Counted from the first letter of the stretch, positions 10,657-21,016 are shown. The stretch is 64,000 nucleotides of DNA from Spirochaetia bacterium (GCA_965203515.1 OZ241907.1:2016001-2080000); one strand, 5' to 3'. The notes: generated from the sequence alone by a model not told the origin. A program made the numbers and translations.

Positions 10657-11526
10657 ATGAAGATCCACGCCGCCGCCACGCTCGGCTTCTCCGCCTACGG
10701 ACTCGACACCGCGCTCGCCCAGTTGGCGGACGCCGGCTTCCGGGCCGTGGAGTTGAGCCACATGGGCACCTTCTGCGTCCATCTCCCCTACCCCGACACC
10801 GAACCGGCGGCGGTGGCCGACGCGCTGGATCGGCACGGCGTGCGGCCGATCGCCTGCAACGTCTCCACCGGACGGCGGGAGCCCGACGGGCGGCACCGCT
10901 TCTTCGACTACACCGAATCCGCGGACGCGCGCGAGGCCGTGGCGCAGGGCCGCTGGTACCTGGAGCTGGCCTCCGGCCTGGGCGCGCGCACGGTGACCAT
11001 GAGCACGGCGCGCCGCCAGCTCCAGGAGCGCGAGTGGCTGCGCCACCTGCGGCCGGCGGCGCGGGCGATCCGGGAACAGGCGCGGATCGCCGCCGACCTG
11101 GGCGTGCGCGTCCACCTGGAAGTGCCGCACCTGTTTCAGATCACCGATTCGGTCGATCACGTCAAGGCGATGTTCGAGGAGGTCGACCACCCCGCGCTCG
11201 GCGCCACCGTCGACACCAGCCACTGGGGCGTCATCGGCTACGACCCGGACGACCTGTTCGGCTTCCTGGGCGACTGCCTGCGGCACGTGCACCTGCGCGA
11301 CAGCGCCGGCGGCGACACGCAGGACTTCCGTCAGGACCTGGAGCTGACCCCGGGCCGCGGCGCCGTCGACTTCGCCGCCTTCCGCGAGGCGCTGGAGCGG
11401 GCCGCCTACCGGGGGACCGTGTCGCTCGACTTCGAGTACCGGATGCCGGACATCCCCCACATCCGCGACGAGTTCGCATTCGGACTCGACGCGCTCGCGG
11501 CGGCCGGCTGGCAGATGGGCCGCTGA
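10657..11526 (+). CDS. Sugar phosphate isomerase/epimerase (TIM barrel)
   Basis: GFRAVEL, LEVPH, DTSH, HVHLRD, PGRGAVDF. Confidence 0.85.
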   Translation: MKIHAAATLGFSAYGLDTALAQLADAGFRAVELSHMGTFCVHLPYPDTEPAAVADALDRHGVRPIACNVSTGRREPDGRHRFFDYTESADAREAVAQGRWYLELASGLGARTVTMSTARRQLQEREWLRHLRPAARAIREQARIAADLGVRVHLEVPHLFQITDSVDHVKAMFEEVDHPALGATVDTSHWGVIGYDPDDLFGFLGDCLRHVHLRDSAGGDTQDFRQDLELTPGRGAVDFAAFREALERAAYRGTVSLDFEYRMPDIPHIRDEFAFGLDALAAAGWQMGR

Positions 11527-12350
11527 TGCCGGCGCCGATGACGATCGCTACCTGGAACGTCAACGGCATGCAGGCGCGGCTCGACTTCGTCCTGCACTGG
11601 CTGGCGGCGCGCGGCCCGGACGTCGCGCTGCTGCAGGAGTTGAAGCTGCCCGACGACCGGTTCCCGCACGACCGGCTGCGGGCGGCCGGCTACCGCGCGC
11701 TCGTGCACGGCCAGAAGAGCTGGAACGGCGTGGCCGTGCTGACGCGGGAGGAGACGGTGCGCCGCGCGGAGGTCTTCCGCCGCGGCCTGCCGGGACTCGA
11801 TGAGCAGGGAGCGCGGCTGATCGGCGCGCAGGTCGAGGTCGCCGGCTGCGGCGCGCTCGACTGCGTTTCGGTCTACGTCCCGAACGGGCGCGCCGTCGAG
11901 CATCCGGAGTTCGGCCACAAGCTGGCGTTTCTGGACGGACTGATGAGCTTCGCCGAGCGCGAGGCGCGCCCGGATCGGCCGCTGGTGATCGGCGGCGACT
12001 TCAATCTGTGCCCCGGCGAGCTCGACACCTGGGACGAGGAGGCGTGGCGCGAGAAGATCTTTCACACCGCCGAGGAACGCCGGCGCTTCCGGACGCTGCT
12101 GGACCTGGGCATGACGGACCTGTTTCGCGCCCTGCACCCCGATCTTCGCCGGTTCTCCTGGTGGGACTACCGCGCCGGAAACTTCCACAAGAACCGGGGC
12201 CTGCGCATCGACCTGCTGCTCGCCGCGCCGCCGGTCGCGGCGCGGGCCGCCGGCGTCACGATCGACCGAGACTACCGCAAGAAGAAGGACGGCATGATCG
12301 CCAGCGACCACGCGCCGGTGATCGCCGAACTCCGCCGTTCACCCGCCTGA
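11526..12350 (+). CDS. xth: Exodeoxyribonuclease III
   Basis: IATWNVNG, LQELK, YVPNG, GDFN, WWDYR, GLRIDLLL, SDHAPV. Confidence 0.95.
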   Translation: MPAPMTIATWNVNGMQARLDFVLHWLAARGPDVALLQELKLPDDRFPHDRLRAAGYRALVHGQKSWNGVAVLTREETVRRAEVFRRGLPGLDEQGARLIGAQVEVAGCGALDCVSVYVPNGRAVEHPEFGHKLAFLDGLMSFAEREARPDRPLVIGGDFNLCPGELDTWDEEAWREKIFHTAEERRRFRTLLDLGMTDLFRALHPDLRRFSWWDYRAGNFHKNRGLRIDLLLAAPPVAARAAGVTIDRDYRKKKDGMIASDHAPVIAELRRSPA

Positions 12351-12374
12351 CCGCCGCCAGACTATGAGGCCAGG

Positions 12375-13166
12375 CTAGATCGTGGTGAAGCCGCCGTCGA
12401 CCATCAGGTTGTGGCCGGTCACGTACGCGGAGGCGTCCGAGGCCAGAAACACCACGGCGCCCTTCAGGTCCTCGTTGTGCATCATGCGGCCCAAGGGGAC
12501 CCGCTTGCCGTAACGTTCCACGAACGCGCCGGCCTGACCGGTGAAGTAGCCGCCCGGCGAGATGCAGTTGGCGCGCACGCCCTGCTTGCCGTAGTAGTTG
12601 GCGACGTAGCGGGTGAAGTTGATCATGCCCGCCTTGACGAAGTTGTAGCTCGGCGGCTGCACCATCTCCGTCTCCTCGTACAGCGACGGATCGTTGCCGA
12701 CGACGCCGTAGATGCTGGAGATGTTGATGATGCTGCCCCCGCCGGCGTCCGCCATCGAACGGACGAAACGCTTGCAGATGGCGTACAGGCCGACCATGTC
12801 GCCGGCCGCCGAGCGCTGCCAGTCGTCGGCGGTCTGCGTCTCGAAGCTGCCGGCGGTCGCGTCGCGGACCAGGGCGCTGTTGACCAGCACGTCGACGCGG
12901 CCGAAGCGTTCGGTCACCTGGTCATGGAAGCGTCCGATCGAGCGGACGTCGCCGATGTCGAGCTGCATGCCGTGCGCGTCCGCGCCGGTCCGCTCCGCCA
13001 GGGACGCCGCGTACTCCCGGTTCCGCTCCAGCGAGCGCGAGGCGGTGACCACGCGGGCGCCCGCTTCCGCCAGCGCTTCCGAGATGCTGCTGCCGAACTG
13101 CGGTCCGGCCCCGGCGGTGACGACCGCCGTCTTGCCGCTCAAAGAGAACGTGTCCAGAACACCCAC
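12375..13166 (-). CDS. SDR family oxidoreductase
   Basis: VDVLVNSA, SSIYG, YNFVKAG (YxxxK), VDGG; GTG start inferred. Confidence 0.88.
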   Translation of the reverse strand: MGVLDTFSLSGKTAVVTAGAGPQFGSSISEALAEAGARVVTASRSLERNREYAASLAERTGADAHGMQLDIGDVRSIGRFHDQVTERFGRVDVLVNSALVRDATAGSFETQTADDWQRSAAGDMVGLYAICKRFVRSMADAGGGSIINISSIYGVVGNDPSLYEETEMVQPPSYNFVKAGMINFTRYVANYYGKQGVRANCISPGGYFTGQAGAFVERYGKRVPLGRMMHNEDLKGAVVFLASDASAYVTGHNLMVDGGFTTI

Positions 13167-13206
13167 GGCGGCTATGATGCGCGGTCGGCCGCGCCGCCGT
13201 CCACCC

Positions 13207-13995
13207 TCACCCCGACAGCCCCGCCCCGGGCAGCCGCCGCAGCAGCGCCCGCAGCATCCGCGCCATCTGCCGTTCATGGCAGGGGGCGAACCGGGTGAAC
13301 TCGCGCAGGTTGCGCGCCGCCTCCTCCGCCGGATCGAACCGACCGCCCATCAGCGCGTAGTCGCCGGCCAGCTCGCGGTTCCACACCCGCAGCTCGTCCA
13401 GGGTGAGCTGCGGCTCGAACTGAAAGCCGTACGACCGGCCGCACCGGAACGCCATGGGAATACGCGCGTACCCCCCGTCGCGGCGCAACATGGTCCCCTC
13501 CGCCAGCAGCTCCCCGCCGGCCGGGACGGAGAACCGCTCGCCGTGCAGGACCGGCACCAGCGGTATCTCGATCTCCCGGAAGACCGGATCGGCCGCGCCG
13601 GCCGCGGTCACGTCGATCTTGCGCAGCCCGAACTGGTACCCGCCGGTCGGCCGCACCCGGCCGCCCAGCGCCCGCGACAGCAATTGCGCGCCAAGGCAGA
13701 CGCCCAGCACCGGCGTCGGCGGGCTGCCCACAGCGGCGGCGCGCAGGTAGTCGAGCTCCTGCCGCAGTGCCGGCAGGTCGTCGTTGGCCGACATCGGACC
13801 GCCCAGCGCGACGATCAGGTCGACCTCGGCAAGGCGCGGAGCGTCGAACCGCTCGAAGCGGGGCGCGCCCTGAAAGACCGGCACCGGGATCGGCCGGTAG
13901 CCGGCCTCTGCCAGGACCGCCGCGAAGTTGCCGCCCAGCGTCTCCACGGCCGCGTGCTGGATGACCGCTGCGCGTCCGGCCCTCGCCCGCTCCAT
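13207..13995 (-). CDS. Class I glutamine amidotransferase-like protein
   Basis: LGGPMSAND, GVCLGAQL; QFEPQ in place of QFHPE. Confidence 0.8.
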   Translation of the reverse strand: MERARAGRAAVIQHAAVETLGGNFAAVLAEAGYRPIPVPVFQGAPRFERFDAPRLAEVDLIVALGGPMSANDDLPALRQELDYLRAAAVGSPPTPVLGVCLGAQLLSRALGGRVRPTGGYQFGLRKIDVTAAGAADPVFREIEIPLVPVLHGERFSVPAGGELLAEGTMLRRDGGYARIPMAFRCGRSYGFQFEPQLTLDELRVWNRELAGDYALMGGRFDPAEEAARNLREFTRFAPCHERQMARMLRALLRRLPGAGLSG

Positions 13996-14060
13996 CGTCT
14001 ACCCCTCGCTGCCTTCGCCCGCCATGCTATCCTTTGCGACAGGCACGCCGACAGGAGGGG

Positions 14061-14381
14061 ATGCGGATGTACTCGATCGGAATGGCGCTCAAGCTCAGGC
14101 CCGGCAGGTACGCGGAGTACAAACGGCGCCACGATGAGCTGTGGCCGGAGATGGAGCGCATGATGCGGGCGCAGGGCGTCAGCATGGTGATCTATCGCCA
14201 TGAGGACTGGCTGTTCGTGCACGGGACCGCGCCGAGCGCCGAGCACTACCGGCGCACCACCGTCGATCCGATCACCCCGAAGTGGAACGAGTACATGAAG
14301 GAAGTGCTGGAGGTCGACGCCGCCGGCGACCTGATCGTCCGCGAGCTGCCGCTGGCATTCAGCTTCGGCGACTTTGCATGA
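14061..14381 (+). CDS. L-rhamnose mutarotase family protein
   Basis: EYKRRHDELWPEM, KWNEYM; GGAGG RBS. Confidence 0.85.
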   Translation: MRMYSIGMALKLRPGRYAEYKRRHDELWPEMERMMRAQGVSMVIYRHEDWLFVHGTAPSAEHYRRTTVDPITPKWNEYMKEVLEVDAAGDLIVRELPLAFSFGDFA

Positions 14382-14409
14382 CGCACGCCGATCGAGGAGC
14401 GCCGCACGC

Positions 14410-15816
14410 ATGAAGTTCCTGTTCGCCGATCACTCGGACATCTTCGAGCCGTGGGGCAGCGTGAGCTTCGGCGCCAGCGCCGCGCGCGTCTTCGCTCCGG
14501 CGCCGCCGATTCCGTTCAACGTCAGCCATACCCGCCGGCTGGCCGACGGGTCGTACGACGTCATCGGTCACAAGGTCGGTACCCGCATCCCCTGGCAGAT
14601 CTATCGGGCGACCACCCGCGACGGCATCCACCTGGAGAACATCCGCATCGTCCACGACGAGCCGGGCGACCATTGGGGCTATAACGCCCGCTGCCTCTAC
14701 AGCCCCGAGCTCGACCGCTACATCTACACCAAGAACACCTCGGACGACTCCGGGTTCACCATGCACGTCTTCCACAGCACGGACGGCGACCACTGGACCC
14801 CGTACGAGCGCAACCCGGTCTTCAATGAGGGCGATGCCTGGGGCGGCGTGTGGAGCTCGGTCGCGCAACGCTTCATCCTGACGCCCAAGGGCATCCAGCG
14901 CTACCAGGACAAGGCGGTCAACGAGCTGTTCCTCAACGCCCGGCGCGTGCTGACCGTGCGCACCAGCCCGGACGGCTTCACCTGGACGCCGCAGATCGCC
15001 AGCGACTACAAGGTCGACAAGGAGGTCGTGCGCGGCATGCGCATCCTGCACGCGCCGCTGCTGAGCGCCGAGTACCAGCTGGAGCAGAACGAGCTCGACC
15101 CGCCCGACCTGGAGTTCTACAACGGCTCCCCGTTCGCGTACGAAGGCCGCTACTTCATGGGCGTGAACAACTACTCCGGGTCGTTCACGGAGCCGGCCTG
15201 GTCGCCGGTGCGCGCCGACGGCCACGGCGCCGGCGGCGCGCTCGGCAACGAGCTGTGGACCAGCCGCGACGGCCTCACCTGGAGCCGCCCCAACCAGCAC
15301 GGCGGCCGCGGCATCGGCGGCATCCACGATCCGATGCTGATCGGCGACCGCGTCATGTTCCGCGAGCGGGACTCGGCCGGCGGCGTGCCGGTCGACCGGT
15401 TCACCTACGTGACCGGATGGTCCAACAGCCACTTCACCACCGCGTCGCTGGTGATGGGCCGGGGCGGCCTGTTCCTGAACGTCGCGGTGCCGGGCGAGGG
15501 CGTCGACAACAGCGCCAACGAGAACTACGTGCTGGCGGAGCTGATCGACGCCGCCGGCAAGGTGATCACCGGCTACGACCGCGAGAGCTGCCAGCTGCAG
15601 GGGCCGCTCGATCGGTTGCGGCATCCGCTGCGGTGGCGCGGCAAGGACGGCGGCGAGCTGGCCGGCGAACGGGTGCGGGTGCGCATCTACCTGCGCGGCG
15701 CCAACGTCTACGCGCTGACCGCGCCCGATGCCGAAAGCGATTGCGCGACCGGCAGCTCGTACGCGGCGGTCACGCCGCCCGCGCCCACGCGCCGCCGCCA
15801 CAGCAGCGGCAATTAG
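14410..15816 (+). CDS. Putative beta-propeller glycoside hydrolase-like protein
   Basis: Asp-box-like repeats STDGDHW, SPDGFTW, SRDGLTW; C-terminal beta-rich domain. Confidence 0.6.
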   Translation: MKFLFADHSDIFEPWGSVSFGASAARVFAPAPPIPFNVSHTRRLADGSYDVIGHKVGTRIPWQIYRATTRDGIHLENIRIVHDEPGDHWGYNARCLYSPELDRYIYTKNTSDDSGFTMHVFHSTDGDHWTPYERNPVFNEGDAWGGVWSSVAQRFILTPKGIQRYQDKAVNELFLNARRVLTVRTSPDGFTWTPQIASDYKVDKEVVRGMRILHAPLLSAEYQLEQNELDPPDLEFYNGSPFAYEGRYFMGVNNYSGSFTEPAWSPVRADGHGAGGALGNELWTSRDGLTWSRPNQHGGRGIGGIHDPMLIGDRVMFRERDSAGGVPVDRFTYVTGWSNSHFTTASLVMGRGGLFLNVAVPGEGVDNSANENYVLAELIDAAGKVITGYDRESCQLQGPLDRLRHPLRWRGKDGGELAGERVRVRIYLRGANVYALTAPDAESDCATGSSYAAVTPPAPTRRRHSSGN

Positions 15817-15853
15817 TGGAGCTATCAGGGAGAAGCCGGATGAGGAGATACCG

Positions 15854-16861
15854 ATGAAGTCGGTGCGCGTGACCGCTGCCGGAACGATCGAGGTGATCGA
15901 CGGACCCGAACCGACCCTGGAAGACGACCAGGTGATGGTGCGGCCGATTACCGCCACGCTGGCGGGCGACGACGTGCGCCGCGTGTACGACGGCGCCGCC
16001 GGCCGCTACCCGCTGCCGGCCGGCGCGAGCGCCCACGAGCTGGTGGCGCGCGTGGTCGATGCCAGGTACACCGACCGCCAGTGGCGGGAATTCCAACCGG
16101 GCGAGACGGTGGTGTTCTACGGCGCCCGGGCGGTCGGCCTGGCGGAGACCCTGGTCGTCCCCCACTCGACCGTGTTCTGGCTGCCGCCGGCGGAGGACCC
16201 CGACCTGCAGGCGGTGACCACCGTACGCCCGCTCGGCCAGGTGATCGAGGCGTGCAACACCTTCCCTCCGCTCACCACCGCCTGCGCGGCCGTGGTCGGG
16301 CAGGGATGCTCCGGCCTGCTGTTCGACGCGATGCTGGACCGCATGGGGGCCGGCGTGATCGCGGGCATCGACGCGCGGGCCGAACGGGCCGCGGTCGCCG
16401 GCCGATTCGGGGCCACGCTGGCGCTGGCGCCCGGCCCGGACACGGTGCGGCAGGTGCGGGACGCCAACGGCGGCTTCCTTGCCGACGTGGTGGTGGAGAC
16501 ATCCGGCACCACCGCCGGCCTGCGGCTGGCGGTCGACCTGATACGGCCCGGCGGCCGGCTCCATCTGTTCGGCGCTCCGAACGAGTCCCCGTACCACCTG
16601 GACGCGGCGGCGCTGGCGGAAAAGCGCTTCGACGTGCGGGCATCCGGCGCCGGGATACGGAACGCCAGCCCGTACTGGTCGCCGTACGGCGCGGCCATGA
16701 ACCTGATCCTGCGCGGCGAGGTCGACACGCGGCCCCTGCTGACGCACCGGTTCCCGCTGGAGCAGGCCGCCGAGGCGTTCGCGCTGGCCCGCTCCGGAAA
16801 CGACGGCGCGCTCAAGGTGAGCATCGACTACGGCCATGACGCCTCAACTCATGACGCCTGA
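15854..16861 (+). CDS. Medium-chain dehydrogenase/reductase (zinc-binding dehydrogenase family)
   Basis: AHELV, VVGQGCSG, DVVVETSG, LLTHRFPLEQ; GAGGAG RBS. Confidence 0.85.
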   Translation: MKSVRVTAAGTIEVIDGPEPTLEDDQVMVRPITATLAGDDVRRVYDGAAGRYPLPAGASAHELVARVVDARYTDRQWREFQPGETVVFYGARAVGLAETLVVPHSTVFWLPPAEDPDLQAVTTVRPLGQVIEACNTFPPLTTACAAVVGQGCSGLLFDAMLDRMGAGVIAGIDARAERAAVAGRFGATLALAPGPDTVRQVRDANGGFLADVVVETSGTTAGLRLAVDLIRPGGRLHLFGAPNESPYHLDAAALAEKRFDVRASGAGIRNASPYWSPYGAAMNLILRGEVDTRPLLTHRFPLEQAAEAFALARSGNDGALKVSIDYGHDASTHDA

Positions 16862-17774
16862 ACTGACGGCGGCGCAGATCCGCCACTTCGACACCTTCGG
16901 CTTCGTCATCCGGCCGCGCATGCTCACGCCGGCCGAGACGGCGGAGATCGAGGCCGCCTTCGAGGCGGTGATGGCCGAGGATCGGGCCGGGGAGTCGTTC
17001 CGCGGCGACAAGCGGCATTCCGTGATCGGCTGCGCCGAGCGCCATCCGGCGCTGCGGGCGCTGATCGACGATCCGCGCATCGTGCGGCCGATCGAGCAGG
17101 TGTTCGGGCGGTCGATCATGTGGTGGGGCTCGGACGGCAACTACTACGTGGGCGATACCGCCTGGCATCCCGACGGCACCGACCTGGGGCTGGCGCTGCG
17201 CCGCATCAAGGTGTCGGTCTACCTCGACCCGGTCGACGGCGACTCCGGCGCGATCCGCTTCATTCCGGGCTCGCACCGCAACCCCATGCACGGCGATCTG
17301 GAGGCGCTGCAGGTCGATCGGGTCAAGCAGACGATCGTCGAGGGCCGCGCCGACCGGTCGGCGCTCGACCGGTACCGCGAGCGCGGCTTCGACGTGGATG
17401 CTCAGGAGCCGACGTTCGGCGTCGATCACGACGCGCTGCCGTGCTGCGTGGCGGCCTCACGGCCCGGGGACGTGGTGTTCTTCGATCAGAACCTCTTCCA
17501 CGCCTCGTTCGGCGGCCGCTCGGGCCGGCGCATGTTCACGTTGTGCTACTGCACGGTCCCGGAAGAGCAGCCCGCCCGCGCCTGCATGCAGCGGTCATAC
17601 GAAGGCTCGCATCGCGCCGTGCGGGCGCTGTCGTACGGGGGCGCCGCGCCGAGCGGCGGGGGCGGTGGGGGCAGCGGGGGCGGCGGCGGCGTCCACCATC
17701 CGGCGATCCTGCGCACCGACCGGCCGACCCTGCGCCGGCTGACCGAGCCGCTGGTGAAGCTGGGCTGGGTCTGA
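16836..17774 (+). CDS. Phytanoyl-CoA dioxygenase (PhyH) family Fe(II)/2OG dioxygenase
   Basis: WHPD, IPGSH, PGDVVFF..LFHAS; alternative start at 16851. Confidence 0.88.
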   Translation: MTPQLMTPELTAAQIRHFDTFGFVIRPRMLTPAETAEIEAAFEAVMAEDRAGESFRGDKRHSVIGCAERHPALRALIDDPRIVRPIEQVFGRSIMWWGSDGNYYVGDTAWHPDGTDLGLALRRIKVSVYLDPVDGDSGAIRFIPGSHRNPMHGDLEALQVDRVKQTIVEGRADRSALDRYRERGFDVDAQEPTFGVDHDALPCCVAASRPGDVVFFDQNLFHASFGGRSGRRMFTLCYCTVPEEQPARACMQRSYEGSHRAVRALSYGGAAPSGGGGGGSGGGGGVHHPAILRTDRPTLRRLTEPLVKLGWV

Positions 17775-17803
17775 CCGCCGGCCGGCTCCCACGACCGTTC
17801 CCT

Positions 17804-18070
17804 TCAGAAGCAGCCGCAGGCGGCGCCGTGCGAGCACCCGCCGCGCGCTACGGCCGGGTTGTCCCTGCAGACGTCGGCCGCTTCCTCGGCGCCGGTGGCG
17901 ACCATCGGCGCGCTGAAGACCCGCTTCACCGGCGCGTCGGCCGGCGTGTCGCCGGGGTCGAACCCGCCGGCGTCGCAGAGGTCCTTCCAACTGGCGATGG
18001 CGACCGCCATCGAGTGGTTGACCTCCACGGTCTGACCGTTCGTGGGGCAGTGGTAGTCGTAGGCTGGCAT
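17804..18070 (-). CDS. FmdB-type zinc-ribbon small protein
   Basis: MPAYDYHC start, Cys-rich C-terminus CSHGAACGC. Confidence 0.75.
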   Translation of the reverse strand: MPAYDYHCPTNGQTVEVNHSMAVAIASWKDLCDAGGFDPGDTPADAPVKRVFSAPMVATGAEEAADVCRDNPAVARGGCSHGAACGCF

Positions 18071-18168
18071 GGTTTCCTCGTCTCCTCCGGCCGCAATTGA
18101 GCCGCAGGGCCGCCCGCCGCGTCAACGACGCGCGACCGCAGGTCGGAACGCCGAACCGCCGGTGCGCC

Positions 18169-18197
18169 TTGCATCGCAGCGGAAGCGCTGGTAGTCT
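18169..18197 (+). promoter_or_regulatory. Putative sigma70 promoter of the ABC operon
   Basis: TTGCAT-17 nt-TAGTCT with TG extended -10. Confidence 0.45.
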
Positions 18198-18292
18198 GGA
18201 ACCTTGACGTCGGCCCGGGCCGCCGGGCACGACGTGGCGTTGGGATGGCCCTGAGCGAGGCGTCCGGCGCCGACCGCTACAAGGAGGCATCC

Positions 18293-19939
18293 ATGATGAA
18301 ACGCTTATTGCCCGGCATGCTGCTCCTGCTGCTTGCCGGCTTCGCCTGGGGCAGCGGGGACGAGGAGGCTGCCGCCGAGAGCGGCGGCGTTCCTGAGATC
18401 GAGTTCCTGGGATTCTTCGAGTTCACCCCTGACGCCACCGCCGACACCGAGATCTTCGCGTGGTGGGGCGAGGCGGTCGGGGCGCGCATCGTGCCGATCA
18501 ACGTCGCCACCGAAGATCAGGCCACGCGCGTGCAGACCATGATCGCCGCCCGCGACGTGCCGGACGTCATGCACCTGTCGAGCCCGGACGTCCGCAACAT
18601 CCACTTCGACTTCGGGCCGCGCGGCGCGTTCGTGAACGTCTCCGAGCAGCTCGACGCGGGCAACATGCCCAACCTGGCCGAAGTGCTGAAAGCCGCCCCC
18701 GACGGACTCAAGATCGCCCCGGACGGCAACAGCTACGCGCTGCCGCAGTTCAACATGTGGGCCAACGGTCCCATGGTCGGCATCAAGGTGCGCAAGGACC
18801 ACCTCACCGCCGGCGGCTGGAGCGGCGACATCGACGACATCGCCGGTTCCGTGCGGACGCTGGAGGACTGGGAAGAGGCGTTCGCCGCCGTATACCGCGG
18901 CTACAACCAGGGGCGCGAACCGCAGCCGATGATCATCAATCGCCGCGGCAGCGCGATCCGCGGCTGGGTGGTGCGGCCGATGACCCACATGATGGGCACC
19001 TGGATACGGATGTGGTACGACGACAGCGATACCTACGTCTGGGGTCCGGCGACCAATCGCTTCCGCGGCGCCATGGAGTTTCTGTCGACCGCCTACGCCA
19101 ACGGCTGGCTGCATCCGGCCTGGGTCACCATGACCGAAGAGGAACAGGTCGCCCTCTATGAGAAGGACGGCTACGCGGTCTTCTTTGGCCCGATCGGCGG
19201 CAACTTCGGGGACCGCATGGTCAACAAGCCGGCCGAGCATCTGGATCTGCTGCTTTCGCAGGAGGTCAACCTGCTGCCCCCGGTCTATGAAGGCATGCAG
19301 GCCAGGATACGCGCCCCCAAGCGCGTCTCCGATTCGGCCATCGTCATCGACGCCAACAGCGCGGCGATCGACGCCGCGGTGCGCATGATCGATTACGCCT
19401 ACAGCGATGCCGGCGCCGAGCTGCTCAACTACGGACCGGAGGGCTACGCCTGGGAACGGGACGACAATCCGTACTGGGGACGCCGCTGGATCCTCAACTG
19501 GAGCGGATTCTATCCGGCCGCGGAGGTCGAGGCGGACCCCGCCCGTTCCAAGACCCGCGGGCTCGGCATCGGCCAGTTTTCGGTCATGCACCCGTCGGAC
19601 ACCTGGGGCAAGGACAACCTGGGACGCTACTACGATGTCACCCAGCCCGGGGTCGGCGCGCAGATGCCCAACGTGCCGGTGATCGAGCAGTTTCAGGCCG
19701 CCGGCGTCTGGAATGCGACGCCCGAACCGAGCTTCCCCTTCACGCCCGAAGAGCAGGAGGAGAAGAACTCGTTGGAGGCGGCGCTGGCCACCTACGTCGA
19801 CGAGCAGGTGGTCGCATTCGTCAACGGTCACCGGCCCCTGTCGGAATGGGGCGACTTCGTACAGACCCTGCAGGACCTGGGCCACCAGCGGCTCGAGGAG
19901 ATCTACCGGACGGCGCTGGAGCGGTACCGGTCGCTGTAG
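18293..19939 (+). CDS. ABC transporter extracellular solute-binding protein
   Basis: AAGGAGG RBS, signal peptide MMKRLLPGMLLLLLAGFAW, APDGNSYALP, LNYGPEG. Confidence 0.88.
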   Translation: MMKRLLPGMLLLLLAGFAWGSGDEEAAAESGGVPEIEFLGFFEFTPDATADTEIFAWWGEAVGARIVPINVATEDQATRVQTMIAARDVPDVMHLSSPDVRNIHFDFGPRGAFVNVSEQLDAGNMPNLAEVLKAAPDGLKIAPDGNSYALPQFNMWANGPMVGIKVRKDHLTAGGWSGDIDDIAGSVRTLEDWEEAFAAVYRGYNQGREPQPMIINRRGSAIRGWVVRPMTHMMGTWIRMWYDDSDTYVWGPATNRFRGAMEFLSTAYANGWLHPAWVTMTEEEQVALYEKDGYAVFFGPIGGNFGDRMVNKPAEHLDLLLSQEVNLLPPVYEGMQARIRAPKRVSDSAIVIDANSAAIDAAVRMIDYAYSDAGAELLNYGPEGYAWERDDNPYWGRRWILNWSGFYPAAEVEADPARSKTRGLGIGQFSVMHPSDTWGKDNLGRYYDVTQPGVGAQMPNVPVIEQFQAAGVWNATPEPSFPFTPEEQEEKNSLEAALATYVDEQVVAFVNGHRPLSEWGDFVQTLQDLGHQRLEEIYRTALERYRSL

Positions 19940-20062
19940 ACCGTCCCGCCGGGAACGAGATGAGATGATCGAACGGCCGGCCGCACCGCGGGCGAACGTG
20001 CGGCCGGCCCGGCGCGGTGGGCGGTACCGCCCGCCGCGCGCGCCGATTCCCGGAACCGGCCG

Positions 20063-21016
20063 ATGAGCCGGTCCGACCTGACCGCGCCGGCCCTGCCGGC
20101 GGCCGCGCGCCGCCGTAGTATCCGCAACTCGATCCGTCAGGCGCCGGCGCTCTACGTCATGATCGGCATCGTCATCCTGTGGTCGCTGGTCTTCCACTGG
20201 GTGCCGATCTACGGCATCACGATCGCCTTCAAGCGCTATACCGCGCTCGACGGCTTCTTCGGCGGCGAGTGGATCGGCCTCAAGCACGTAAGCGACTTCC
20301 TGAACGATCCGTTCTTGTGGCGGCTGATACGCAACACCGTACTGCTCGGCTTCCTCACCCTGGCGTTCGGCTTTCCGGCGCCGGTGATCTTTGCGCTGCT
20401 GATCAACGAGCTGCGCAAGCGCTGGTTCAGCCGCCTGGTGCAGTCGATCTCCTACCTGCCGCACTTCATCGCCGCGGTGATCGTGGTGGGGTTGATCTTC
20501 CAGTTCTTCAGCTTCGACGGACGGGTCACGGTGACGCTCAAGGAACTGGGCGTCGACGCCGATTTCCTCGATTTCCTGGGCGATCCGGCGTGGTTCCGCC
20601 CGCTGTACGTCGCCTCCCACGTGTGGCAGAGCGTCGGTTGGGGGACGATCATCTATCTGGCGGCGATGGCCGGCATCAGCGCCGAGCTCTACGAGTCGGC
20701 CACGATCGACGGCGCCGGCCGCCTGCAACAGGCCCGGTTCATCACCATACCCGGCATCATGCCGACCGTGGTGGTGTTGTTCATCCTGGCGACCCGCAAC
20801 GTCGTGGACACCGACTTCGAGAAAGTGCTCCTGATGCAGAACCCGGCGATCTATGAAACCGCCGACGTCATAGAAACCTACGTGTACCGCCGCGGCATAT
20901 TGGGAGGCGAGTATCCCTATGCCACGGCGATCGGGCTGCTGAAAAACCTGGTGTCGTTCGCGGTGGTGCTGACGGTCAACAAGCTGGCCCGCATTCGCGG
21001 CGAAGGACTCTGGTAG
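20063..21016 (+). CDS. Carbohydrate ABC transporter permease (LplB-like)
   Basis: SYLPHFI, LYESATIDGAGR. Confidence 0.92.
   Translation: MSRSDLTAPALPAAARRRSIRNSIRQAPALYVMIGIVILWSLVFHWVPIYGITIAFKRYTALDGFFGGEWIGLKHVSDFLNDPFLWRLIRNTVLLGFLTLAFGFPAPVIFALLINELRKRWFSRLVQSISYLPHFIAAVIVVGLIFQFFSFDGRVTVTLKELGVDADFLDFLGDPAWFRPLYVASHVWQSVGWGTIIYLAAMAGISAELYESATIDGAGRLQQARFITIPGIMPTVVVLFILATRNVVDTDFEKVLLMQNPAIYETADVIETYVYRRGILGGEYPYATAIGLLKNLVSFAVVLTVNKLARIRGEGLW

Noticed and set aside
1..12350. ligC, nth, xth, msrA and NUDIX as a dedicated repair operon
   Set aside because: Different strands and interspersed with unrelated genes; clustering may be chance.
17651..17692. Gly-rich tract in the PhyH gene
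   Set aside because: In-frame low-complexity linker with no evidence of function.
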